64,000 nucleotides of DNA from an uncultured delta proteobacterium (GTDB lineage Bacteria; Myxococcota; Myxococcia; Myxococcales; Myxococcaceae). Within the stretch, counting starts at the first letter, position 1; each line of letters opens with the position of its first letter. Position numbers and translations under genes: made by a program. The notes below the pieces were generated by a model, which ran no database searches, was not told where the DNA came from, and saw only the letters and a list, made by a program, of their open reading frames with translations. Positions 8,594 through 17,046 of this stretch are shown in pieces. The stretch lies in the NCBI GenBank assembly GCA_963713045.1, contig CAVQKE010000004.1:1120001-1184000 (forward strand), given 5' to 3'.

Positions 8594-11187
8594 GAGAAGC
8601 CTCACTGGCCCAGCACGTTCCCCTCTGGCGGACGCTGCGCGAGGAGGCGGTCACCGCGCTCGTGACGCCGGCGCTCGACTACGTGGGGTGCCTCGGCATC
8701 GATGGCATCGACACCCGCTTCTTGACGGATGACGAACGGGCGCAACGCGGAGAGGCCATGCGGGAACTGCTCGGAAGCCTCGACGACGAGGTGAGTTTGA
8801 TGCTCGTGTACCGCGTCCGCGAGGATGTGGAAGCGGACATTGCCGCCTACCAGGCAGGCGTCGCTCGGGCGGCGACGCCGGCCACGCGTGCCTACGTCGC
8901 CGCGAAGATACGGTGGCTCCGGCAGCAGCATCTGCGGCGAGGCCACCTCAGCCTCTTCTTTCTCTCCGGGGGCGGTAGTGGGCCGTTGGACCGAGGCGTT
9001 CTCGGCGCACCCCTGCTCTTCAAGAATGCCGAGCGGCTGTCGCAAAAGGTGCACTCGTCGCGGTTGCGCGCGCTGAGAGGCCTTCGCGACAAGCTGCGGG
9101 CGCGCCTCGCCGTGGCCGGCGTGCGGTCGCGCGAACTGGAACCGGTGGAGGTTCAACAGTTGCATTACGACCTCTTGAATCCCGGCCGCACCCGGCGAGC
9201 TGGAGCCGTCTGTCCGTCGGTCCAGCTGGTGGACAACCTCTGGACGGAGGCACTAGGGCGACGAGAGGGACGACACGTTCTCGAATACACCGAGGCCGAG
9301 TGCCTGTGCTTCGAATCCATCGCGGAGGAGCACGGCTACTTCCAGCAGGGTGGCCTGTTCCGTCGGGTGGCGACCCTCAAGGTTCTGCCAGAGGCGCGGA
9401 CACGACCGTTCTGCGGGCAGCCACTGCAGGCGCTGTGTCATCCCCTCACCGGACAGCCCTTTGGTTACACCCTCGCCGTCGCAATTCGTATCCGCCCCCA
9501 GACGCGTGCGAAGTTCTTCCTCAATCAGCAGCACAAACTCGTTGCGGCGCTGCGCAGCCTCGTTCACCAGGTGAGTGGAGAAGACGCCCGCCGAGCGGTT
9601 GATGACGCCGACAAACAGAGCGCCATCCGAGCTCTCTTTGCAGAGCTCAACGCCCTCTCGTCGAAGCTGACAGACGTCTCGGTCAGCCTCCTCCTCGACG
9701 CCGAGACGCTGGACGAGCTCGACGCGCGGACCGAGGCCGCTCGCAACGCGTTTCGGCTGCTCGGAAACAGCGAGTTACTGGTCGAGCACGCCGCCCAGCT
9801 GCCGTGCTACTTCGCACTCTTTCCTGGCGCCGGCGCTTACCAAGTGCGCCGAAAGGGCTGCACCACCCGAAATGCCGCGGACCTCCTCCCACTCTTCGAG
9901 CCATGGCACGGCGGCACCATCGCCGACACCGTCTTCGTTACGCCGCTTTCCACCACTCTCCGCTTTGGGCTGTTCGACGCGAGCCTGGGCAACGCCTTTC
10001 ACGGACTGATGTGCGCCGACACCGGTGCGGGAAAGTCTCTCACCGCCGGTGCGCTCGTCATCGATGCATTCATCGCCGGAAAGGACGCCATCCTCGTCGA
10101 CAACGGCGGCAGCTGGTCGCGGTTGACGCGCGTGCTTGGAGGCACGCTGGTCGAGGTCACGCTCAACACTGCGCTATGTCCCTTTCTCTGCTACCGCGAC
10201 ATGGTCGACCAGGAGGAACTGGCGCGGACCGGAGTCATGCAACTGGACAGTGCACTTGTACAGGACGCGGTGAGCTTCCTTCAGGTCTGCGTCGAGGACC
10301 GCGAGCTTCCCTCCTTTACCGTGCCGCAGCAAAACCTTGTGGGGAATGCAGTCTCTCAAACCTACGAGGAAAGGTTCCGGACCCGACCTGATGAACGCCC
10401 ACTGATGGGCGACTTTCAGCAGGCCCTTCGCAGACAGAGCGACGACGCAAACCTTCATCCGGAAGACCGGGCACTGGCTGCCCTCCTTGTGCGCCGACTC
10501 GATTTATTTTGTAGCGGGACCTACGCACGCTTCCTCAACCGCCCAAGCGACCTCCGCTACGACGGACGGTTGCTCACCTTCGAAATGGGGGCCATTGCCA
10601 AGGACAGCCTCCTGAAGAGGATTGCCCTTGCCGCGGTCATGGGCACCGTCACTGCACGAGCGGCCTCGCGAAGAAACAAGACGGTTTGCGCCATCGACGA
10701 GGCGCACGATTACCTCGGCGACAGCGCGGCGGCAGACGCCTTCCTCGGAAAGGCTTACGCCAAGATGCGGAAGTTCGACGTGGCGATGTGGGCCATCAGC
10801 CAGAAGTTCGAGGACTTCCAACGCTCGCGCGCGGCCGCCACCATCATCGGCAACTCCTTCCTCAAAATCTTTCTTTGGCACTCCTCGGGGTGGGAGGTAG
10901 TTCGCGACGCATTTGGATGGCCAGACAGCATCTACCGCGAGTTTCGGGCGCTCCAGCGAGTTCCATTCCAGTACACCGACTTCCTCCTTGTCTACGGAGA
11001 GCAGTATGCCACCGTCAGGCACTCCGTCCCGCCGCTCGCTTACTGGCTGCTCACCACGCACGGCGATGACCAGCGCCTGCTAGCGCGAACTCGAGAGAAA
11101 AACCCCCGCCTCGACGAGCTCACGCTCCTGCAAGAGCTCGCTGCGCGCTATCCCTCCGGCGCCTCGTCTGTCTCCGCGCCGCATTGA
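8590..11187 (+). CDS. virB4: VirB4/TraC family type IV secretion ATPase
   Basis: 865 aa. Walker A ADTGAGKS, ILVDNGGSW, Walker B CAIDEAHDYL, and KMRKFDVAMWAISQ typical of VirB4. Confidence 0.9.
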   Translation: MREASLAQHVPLWRTLREEAVTALVTPALDYVGCLGIDGIDTRFLTDDERAQRGEAMRELLGSLDDEVSLMLVYRVREDVEADIAAYQAGVARAATPATRAYVAAKIRWLRQQHLRRGHLSLFFLSGGGSGPLDRGVLGAPLLFKNAERLSQKVHSSRLRALRGLRDKLRARLAVAGVRSRELEPVEVQQLHYDLLNPGRTRRAGAVCPSVQLVDNLWTEALGRREGRHVLEYTEAECLCFESIAEEHGYFQQGGLFRRVATLKVLPEARTRPFCGQPLQALCHPLTGQPFGYTLAVAIRIRPQTRAKFFLNQQHKLVAALRSLVHQVSGEDARRAVDDADKQSAIRALFAELNALSSKLTDVSVSLLLDAETLDELDARTEAARNAFRLLGNSELLVEHAAQLPCYFALFPGAGAYQVRRKGCTTRNAADLLPLFEPWHGGTIADTVFVTPLSTTLRFGLFDASLGNAFHGLMCADTGAGKSLTAGALVIDAFIAGKDAILVDNGGSWSRLTRVLGGTLVEVTLNTALCPFLCYRDMVDQEELARTGVMQLDSALVQDAVSFLQVCVEDRELPSFTVPQQNLVGNAVSQTYEERFRTRPDERPLMGDFQQALRRQSDDANLHPEDRALAALLVRRLDLFCSGTYARFLNRPSDLRYDGRLLTFEMGAIAKDSLLKRIALAAVMGTVTARAASRRNKTVCAIDEAHDYLGDSAAADAFLGKAYAKMRKFDVAMWAISQKFEDFQRSRAAATIIGNSFLKIFLWHSSGWEVVRDAFGWPDSIYREFRALQRVPFQYTDFLLVYGEQYATVRHSVPPLAYWLLTTHGDDQRLLARTREKNPRLDELTLLQELAARYPSGASSVSAPH

Positions 11188-11210
11188 CGCCTCACCCGCC
11201 AGGAGTTGTC

Positions 11211-12098
11211 ATGCGACCCTTTTCACAGCCACCCTCTCCCTCGCTTGCAGCAGCCATCGTCGGCGGTCTGCTGGTGCTGGTCGCCGCTCCGGAAGCCTCG
11301 GCCGACCTCTTCGGCGGCGACCTCCCACTGCTCGGGACTCTGGTCTCCCAAGGCGCTCAGCAGCTCGCCACCGCCTCGCAGGCCCTCCGCGCAGTCAACG
11401 AGGACGTGGCGTCCGCCCAGCGGATGGTGGGCTTCGCCACCCAGGCACAAAGCCTCTTCAGCAGCTTCTCCGCCTCGCGGGTGGCCGACTTTGGCGCCGA
11501 CAACCTCGGGCTTCTTCAAGGAACACCCCCCGTTTCCGACCCCAGTCGACTTGCGAGCGGAGTCGCCCCTTGGGCGCCTGCAACCGGCGAGATGCAGAAC
11601 GCCACCCGTCAGTGCGCGAGCGACGTTGGATCAAGCGGCTCCGGCTGCCGACAAATACACGACGCCATCACGCCCAAGGATGCCCAGAGCGCTTTGAGCC
11701 GGACCTTCGGGCCGGCGCTGACCTCGGACACGCGGGCCGGCGACTACGAGGTATCACGTGCTCTGTCCGCGGCTGACACCCACCAGCAACAGGAGGCCTC
11801 TCGCGCCACCGTCTCAGCTGCCAACCGCAGTGCTGCCTGCGCCACGAGCGGGGACGCAGCAGTCTGCGCGCTTGCGCAAAGCGCACGACAGGAGAGCCAG
11901 CTTGACGTGGTCAACGCCCAACTCGCTGAGGGCAACCGTCTGTTGGCTGCGCACCTAGCGCTACAAAATGCAGAGCGCAAGCGCGCGCTCAGCGAGGCAC
12001 AACAGCGCCGAGCGGCAGTGGCTGAGGGACTGAAGGCCCTGAAGGCGCCGAGCTTCATTGTCTCCAGCGATGGGGTGAGTTTCCTCGGGGGTAATTGA
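11211..12098 (+). CDS. VirB5/TrbJ-like secreted helical protein
   Basis: RBS AGGAG before ATG 11211. Signal peptide ending ASA, mature start DLFGGDLPLL, Gln/Ala-rich helices. Lies between the VirB4 and VirB6-like genes. Confidence 0.6.
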   Translation: MRPFSQPPSPSLAAAIVGGLLVLVAAPEASADLFGGDLPLLGTLVSQGAQQLATASQALRAVNEDVASAQRMVGFATQAQSLFSSFSASRVADFGADNLGLLQGTPPVSDPSRLASGVAPWAPATGEMQNATRQCASDVGSSGSGCRQIHDAITPKDAQSALSRTFGPALTSDTRAGDYEVSRALSAADTHQQQEASRATVSAANRSAACATSGDAAVCALAQSARQESQLDVVNAQLAEGNRLLAAHLALQNAERKRALSEAQQRRAAVAEGLKALKAPSFIVSSDGVSFLGGN

Positions 12099-12100
12099 CG

Positions 12101-12997
12101 ATGCGGTGCACGCGGTGGCTCGCTCTGGGGACCGTCATTTGCCCGGGCCTGGCGCTGGCGACCGGGGGCGAGGCGCTCGACCTTGGGAGCGGCGCCGTCG
12201 GCGCCTTGACCTCCAGAACCCTTGCCATCGGGCACGGGTTGCTTGCATTTCTGCTCGTCCTTGGACTCGTGGTGCAGCTGCTGCGCGGTCCAGGGCAACC
12301 GAGGCGCTATCTCGCCGTCGTTTGGCGCACTTTGCTGGTGCTCGGACTGCTGCAGGCCTATACGTTTCTTGCGGGCTCTCTGGTCAAGCAGTGCGCCTCT
12401 CTGTCCCAGAGTCTGGCCAACTCGGACGCCGAAGCTCCACTGGAGCAGTACCGGTCAGCCGTCACTCGGCGTCTGGCGGCTGTGGCGACTGAGGACACGA
12501 GCAGCGGGGGGACGGCAGGCGCCGCGTCATCACAAGAAGCTAAGCCGCCTGGACTGGGCGGCGTCCTCTTTGACGTCGTCATCGGTCTGGTGGTGCTCTT
12601 GGCCGGTGCCATCCACTGGGTCTTCACGGAGCTCTCCCGTATTCTGATTAGCTTCTTCTACGTCATTGGACCCATGGCGTTGGCATTCTACGTCCCGGGG
12701 CTCGACGCCCCGGGACGCTGGCTCCGAAGCCTGGTCACCGTCTCTTGCTGGCCTGTCGTCTCCTCGCTTTTGCTCAACCTCTCCACCGCTGTCGTCACCA
12801 CGACCGGCCTCGCGACCACCGGAGCTGGCGCTGCCTTTGGAGCGGTGGCGTCCTCTCTGCTGCTATGCGTTCTCGCTTTCGCCACGCCGAAGATTGCTTC
12901 CGCGCTGGTAGGAGGCGTCAGCAATCTGCTCGGCGAAGGCGCCCGTACCGCACTGAGAGTCGCCGGGGGAGCTGCGGCCGCGGGACTTTTGCCATGA
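12101..12997 (+). CDS. VirB6/TrbL-like polytopic inner membrane protein
   Basis: Several TM helices. YVIGPMALAFYVPG...RWLRSLVTVSCWPVV and PKIASALVGG patterns typical of VirB6/TrbL. Confidence 0.75.
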   Translation: MRCTRWLALGTVICPGLALATGGEALDLGSGAVGALTSRTLAIGHGLLAFLLVLGLVVQLLRGPGQPRRYLAVVWRTLLVLGLLQAYTFLAGSLVKQCASLSQSLANSDAEAPLEQYRSAVTRRLAAVATEDTSSGGTAGAASSQEAKPPGLGGVLFDVVIGLVVLLAGAIHWVFTELSRILISFFYVIGPMALAFYVPGLDAPGRWLRSLVTVSCWPVVSSLLLNLSTAVVTTTGLATTGAGAAFGAVASSLLLCVLAFATPKIASALVGGVSNLLGEGARTALRVAGGAAAAGLLP

Positions 12998-13752
12998 CTG
13001 CGCTGAATGCTTCGACACAGAGCAAACCGTCCGCAGTGGAGCAGTCCCCGACCGCGCGGGCGCTGGCGAGTCCACCAGCCATTTGGGCGGCTATGGTGCG
13101 CCAAGCCCAGTGGAAGAGCTGGGCGCTCATCTTGGCCTTCGCGCTCTGTGCGCTTGAGGGGCTGGTCATGCTTAAGCTCGCCGATAAGGAGCCCGACATC
13201 GTGCTCATCGCGCCCGACGGCAGGAGCACCTACCTGAGTCGCAGTATTGCCGGTGACGCGCTCGTCCGCTTTCTCGAGGAGCAGCGACAGCTGCCGAGCG
13301 ACGTCACCGTCTTCCATTTCACCAGGGATTTCCTGCAACACTTTTTCGCCACCGACTCGTTGAGTTACGACGCTTCGTTCCGAGACGCGCTCGGAATGCT
13401 GTCGCCGGCCTTCCGGGGGCGCGTCGCACGGGAGGCTGCCGACTCCAAGCTGCTAGAGAGTGTTCGCGCAAGTCGGGCCCGAGCTTCGGTGTCCATCGAG
13501 AGTCTGGACTTCACGGAACGGACGCCCGACGCGCTTCACCTTCGCGCGGTCTTGCTGCGGCGAACCGAGAACATTGCCGACAGGATGGTGCTCAGCGTCG
13601 ACAAGCTCGAGGTCGAACTCTATGAGTCCGTGGTGCCGCGAAGCGCCGCCCATCCCGATGGGCTGGTCATTGGCCAGTTCACCAGCCGGTCGGAGAAGGT
13701 GGACCGTTCCGCGGCGCCGCCTTCACCTGAGCCCGACCAGCATGCGCCCTAA
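12994..13752 (+). CDS. VirB8/TrbF-like bitopic protein
   Basis: ATGA overlap. Single N-terminal TM and C-terminal VVPRSAAHPDGLVIGQF, matching the VirB8 R..NP.GL.V motif. Confidence 0.75.
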   Translation: MTALNASTQSKPSAVEQSPTARALASPPAIWAAMVRQAQWKSWALILAFALCALEGLVMLKLADKEPDIVLIAPDGRSTYLSRSIAGDALVRFLEEQRQLPSDVTVFHFTRDFLQHFFATDSLSYDASFRDALGMLSPAFRGRVAREAADSKLLESVRASRARASVSIESLDFTERTPDALHLRAVLLRRTENIADRMVLSVDKLEVELYESVVPRSAAHPDGLVIGQFTSRSEKVDRSAAPPSPEPDQHAP

Positions 13753-14683
13753 TTCCCTTGGGTCTATGGCACTCTCCTGCACGCTGGCCTTCGCGCCCGT
13801 CGCTGCGGCAGTCGGAAAGGCAACCGACTCCGTCGTCACCAGCGGTAAACGAGCGCTCAAGCGACGGAGCCTGGTCATTACCGACGCGAACTTCAACGAA
13901 GTGCAGGTGATTCACGTCGCGGCCGGCGTCCCCACCACACTCAGCTTCCGTCAACCCCTGCGGGCCGAGAGCGTCATTCTGGCCGACGTCACCGACGCCT
14001 TCCTGCCGGTCAAGGCCACCGAAAACAGCATCGTCCTCATCCCGAAACGGGACCTCGGGCACCGCTCGATGACCACTCTCACCGTCACGCTCGCCGACGG
14101 CACCATCCTTCCTCTACTCCTGACGACCATCGCCGGAGAGGCGGATATTGGTGTCGACATCAACGTCGCCCTGGTGAAACAGGCGCCGCCCGAGTCGGCC
14201 GCAGCGCTCAAGAGGTCGCTCCTGGAGCTCCGGGCCGAAGTCGATGAATGTCGTGCCGACCAGGGCAGCGCGGGCATCACCAAGCTCGCCAGCGTCGTTC
14301 TCCAGCAGGACCTCTCCCGAACTCAAGTCTTCGAACACCACGAATTGCACCGGCGCGACAAGCAGGAGCGCCTCCTGGTGGACGTCCGCCAGGCCTACCG
14401 AATTTTCGGGCACACCTACCTGGTCCTCACCGTGGAGAACCGCGACCCGGCAAGGGTCTGGGTCCTCGATCATCCAGAGCTCGTCCTGACCGGCGCAAAC
14501 CAGACCATCGACGTTCAGATTGTCTCCTTCCTGATGGACCTTCCCGCCATCGCTCCCAACGAAATTGGGAAAATCGTAGTGGCCTTCCAGACTCCAACCC
14601 AAGGCAGCGGCAACTCCTTTACCCTGCAGCTTTTCGAGAAAAATGGGAGCCGGCATGTGAGGCTCGACGGGCTTTCGCTTTGA
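13742..14683 (+). CDS. VirB9/TrbG-like periplasmic protein, resembles myxobacterial DUF2381 family
   Basis: Signal peptide, VIHVAAGVPTTLSF, LTVTLADG, central coiled coil and C-terminal beta-sandwich (LVLTVENRDPARVW). Occupies the VirB9 position. Confidence 0.65.
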   Translation: MRPNSLGSMALSCTLAFAPVAAAVGKATDSVVTSGKRALKRRSLVITDANFNEVQVIHVAAGVPTTLSFRQPLRAESVILADVTDAFLPVKATENSIVLIPKRDLGHRSMTTLTVTLADGTILPLLLTTIAGEADIGVDINVALVKQAPPESAAALKRSLLELRAEVDECRADQGSAGITKLASVVLQQDLSRTQVFEHHELHRRDKQERLLVDVRQAYRIFGHTYLVLTVENRDPARVWVLDHPELVLTGANQTIDVQIVSFLMDLPAIAPNEIGKIVVAFQTPTQGSGNSFTLQLFEKNGSRHVRLDGLSL

Positions 14684-14721
14684 GTTGATGCAGGAAGCCT
14701 GAAGCCTCCCGAGGGGACGCC

Positions 14722-16974
14722 ATGTACGACGACATTGACCCCCGAAACCTTTCTCCCGGGACAGTGGTGGATGGCTACACCGTGCTCGGCAAGCTAGGCG
14801 GTGGAGGAATGGGCGAAATCTACCGCGTCCAGCGCGGTACCGAGCTCTTTGCGCTGAAACTTCAGGGCGAAAGGCTGAGTGAGGCGCTGGACCCTGTGAA
14901 GCGCGAAGAGCTGGAGGCAAGGTCCCGCCGCGAAGCTGCGGTTTTGCTGAGCCTGACGCACCCCAACATCCTCGCCATCATCGGCAGCGGACGCTGGCCT
15001 GACCGAAGCGGGTACCTCTACCTCATCACGGAGCTGGTCGGCGGCGAGGCACTGGACCGTTGGCACGAACGAAAGCAGCCCTCCCTGCGGCAGCTGGCCC
15101 ACGTCTTCGAAGAGTTGGCCGACGCATTGGACTACATGCACCGCGCGAGCATCTACCACCGCGACTTGAAAGACCCCAACGTCCTCGTTCGGGAGGACGG
15201 GACGCCAGTCGTGATTGACCTCGGCATCGCCCGGTCGCCAGCTGCTTACACGCTGACACGCGTTGGCGCCGTCATTGGCACGACCACGCACCTCTCTCCG
15301 GGCGTCTGCCGCTACCTGGTGGGCGAGAAGTCGCATGCTTACCGCTTTGGAGCGAGCGATGACCTGCACGCGCTCGGCTTTATGCTTTATGAGCGCCTCA
15401 CCGGTACGCCCCCCTTTCGCCAGCGCAGCGACGTCGAATGGCCGGAGTTTGACTACTACCGACAAGTCATGGAGCACGTTCCCCCGGCGCCGCGCGTGGT
15501 CTGCCCCGCAGTTCCAGAGGTGCTTTCCGCGCTCACCATTCGCCTTCTTGCCAAGACGCCGGAGGCCGGCTTCCGCGACGCCGCTCAACTGAGAGACGAA
15601 CTCGAGAAGGCACTTCTCGTGGCACCAGCATCCTGGGACGAACCCTTTCCCGTCCCACGGGGCGTCAAGCGCAAGGACCTCACCCGAAGTGCGCCAGTCA
15701 GGCTCGCGCAAACGGCCGAAGCCGATAACAGTAAATCCCCTCGCCCCCTCGCCGAAGACCGCGACCGCCGGAACGCCGCTGGCCTCACGGTGGGGAAGAC
15801 CGAGCGCGCTATCGCAGCTCTTGCTGCGAGCACCAAGGATGAAGGTCTGGCTTCTCCACCGGAGTTTCAGCCACCCACCTTCGATGGTCCTGCGCCTTTC
15901 ATCCCTCCGACGGAAGCCGTCCCTACAACGCCACCCAGAGGCCAGAACGCTCTGAGTGACACCTCTCTTCGCAAGATGGCCGCACAGCTTGGCGCAGAGA
16001 CGGCCGGCCGGCAGCGAATCAGCCCAATGGTGCTGGCTTTCCTCGCGCTCACTCTCGTCGCCGTGGCGACGCTGGTCGCGCGGGCGTTCGTCGAGCGCCC
16101 GCGTGGGCAGCCGAAAAGCCTTCTCGAGCGGTATCAGGCAGACCTCGCGGCCGAGCAAAAGACGAACGAAGCAACTGGGCCCCCGTCCGCCGCGCCAGCA
16201 CTGCCGCTGCAATCTTCGCTGTTACCCCCCGCCACCGGCCACGACGCCGCCTTATCGCCTGCGTTGGGAGGGCAGGACGCCGCTCCGTCCGTAGAAGACG
16301 CCAAAGCCATCCAAGCTGAGCTCGAGCGGACGTATGGCCACAGACGCCCGACCCTGCCCGCGAAGCCATCTTCACCGCCCGCGTCGACGCCCTCTTGGGT
16401 GAAGGGAGTGGAGCTCGTCGATGCAAAAGTCTCGACCTCTGGCGAAAAGAAACTTGGCGGACGCTACGGCGACCATCTGCGGCTCGAGCTTCGCAGCAAC
16501 CTCGACAGTCGCCTGTGCGGCTCGGGAGCGGTAGAGGCCGTCCTCACTCGCCCCTACGTCGTCAACGGCGGGGTGGTGCTCCCGGCACACACGCTGGCTT
16601 ATGGCCAGTGCACAGCACAGGCGGGACGCTTCCTCGTCACCTTCAGCAGGCTCCGCCTGCCGGACGGCACGGAAGTCCATTTCGATGGAGTGGCGATGGA
16701 CGTCGCTGACCGAAAGCCAGGCTTGCAGGCAACCCGGCGCCTCACATCTGGGAACGCTAGCCAGGAGAGTGTCAGCGGGGCACTTGTCCGGGGCGCCGCG
16801 GCGACGGTCCTCGGGACGGCAACCTCCGGTAGTAGCCTCGGCGCTCAAGTAGCCGGTAGCGCCGGCCAGACGGCCCTCAATGCGCACCCCCAGGGAGCCG
16901 CATCAGCCAGCGAGGACGCCATTCTTCTCGATGCGGGGGCCGGCATCGACGTCTTCGTCCGCCAAGCCTTCTGA
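14722..16974 (+). CDS. Hanks-type Ser/Thr protein kinase fused to a VirB10/TrbI-like domain
   Basis: N-terminal LGGGGMG, ALK, RREA, YHRDLKDPN, IDLGIA. TM at aa ~436-457, then a Pro-rich linker. C-terminal GDHLRLELRSNLDS...VVLPAHTLAYGQ...RFLVTFSRLRLPDG...LLDAGAGIDVFVRQAF. Confidence 0.85.
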   Translation: MYDDIDPRNLSPGTVVDGYTVLGKLGGGGMGEIYRVQRGTELFALKLQGERLSEALDPVKREELEARSRREAAVLLSLTHPNILAIIGSGRWPDRSGYLYLITELVGGEALDRWHERKQPSLRQLAHVFEELADALDYMHRASIYHRDLKDPNVLVREDGTPVVIDLGIARSPAAYTLTRVGAVIGTTTHLSPGVCRYLVGEKSHAYRFGASDDLHALGFMLYERLTGTPPFRQRSDVEWPEFDYYRQVMEHVPPAPRVVCPAVPEVLSALTIRLLAKTPEAGFRDAAQLRDELEKALLVAPASWDEPFPVPRGVKRKDLTRSAPVRLAQTAEADNSKSPRPLAEDRDRRNAAGLTVGKTERAIAALAASTKDEGLASPPEFQPPTFDGPAPFIPPTEAVPTTPPRGQNALSDTSLRKMAAQLGAETAGRQRISPMVLAFLALTLVAVATLVARAFVERPRGQPKSLLERYQADLAAEQKTNEATGPPSAAPALPLQSSLLPPATGHDAALSPALGGQDAAPSVEDAKAIQAELERTYGHRRPTLPAKPSSPPASTPSWVKGVELVDAKVSTSGEKKLGGRYGDHLRLELRSNLDSRLCGSGAVEAVLTRPYVVNGGVVLPAHTLAYGQCTAQAGRFLVTFSRLRLPDGTEVHFDGVAMDVADRKPGLQATRRLTSGNASQESVSGALVRGAAATVLGTATSGSSLGAQVAGSAGQTALNAHPQGAASASEDAILLDAGAGIDVFVRQAF

Positions 16975-17046
16975 TGGGCGGCCTAGGACAGGAAACTTTA
17001 CGAGCGAGCAGAGCGGACGCGGCGTGGCGAGAAGCGGGAGTCTTGT

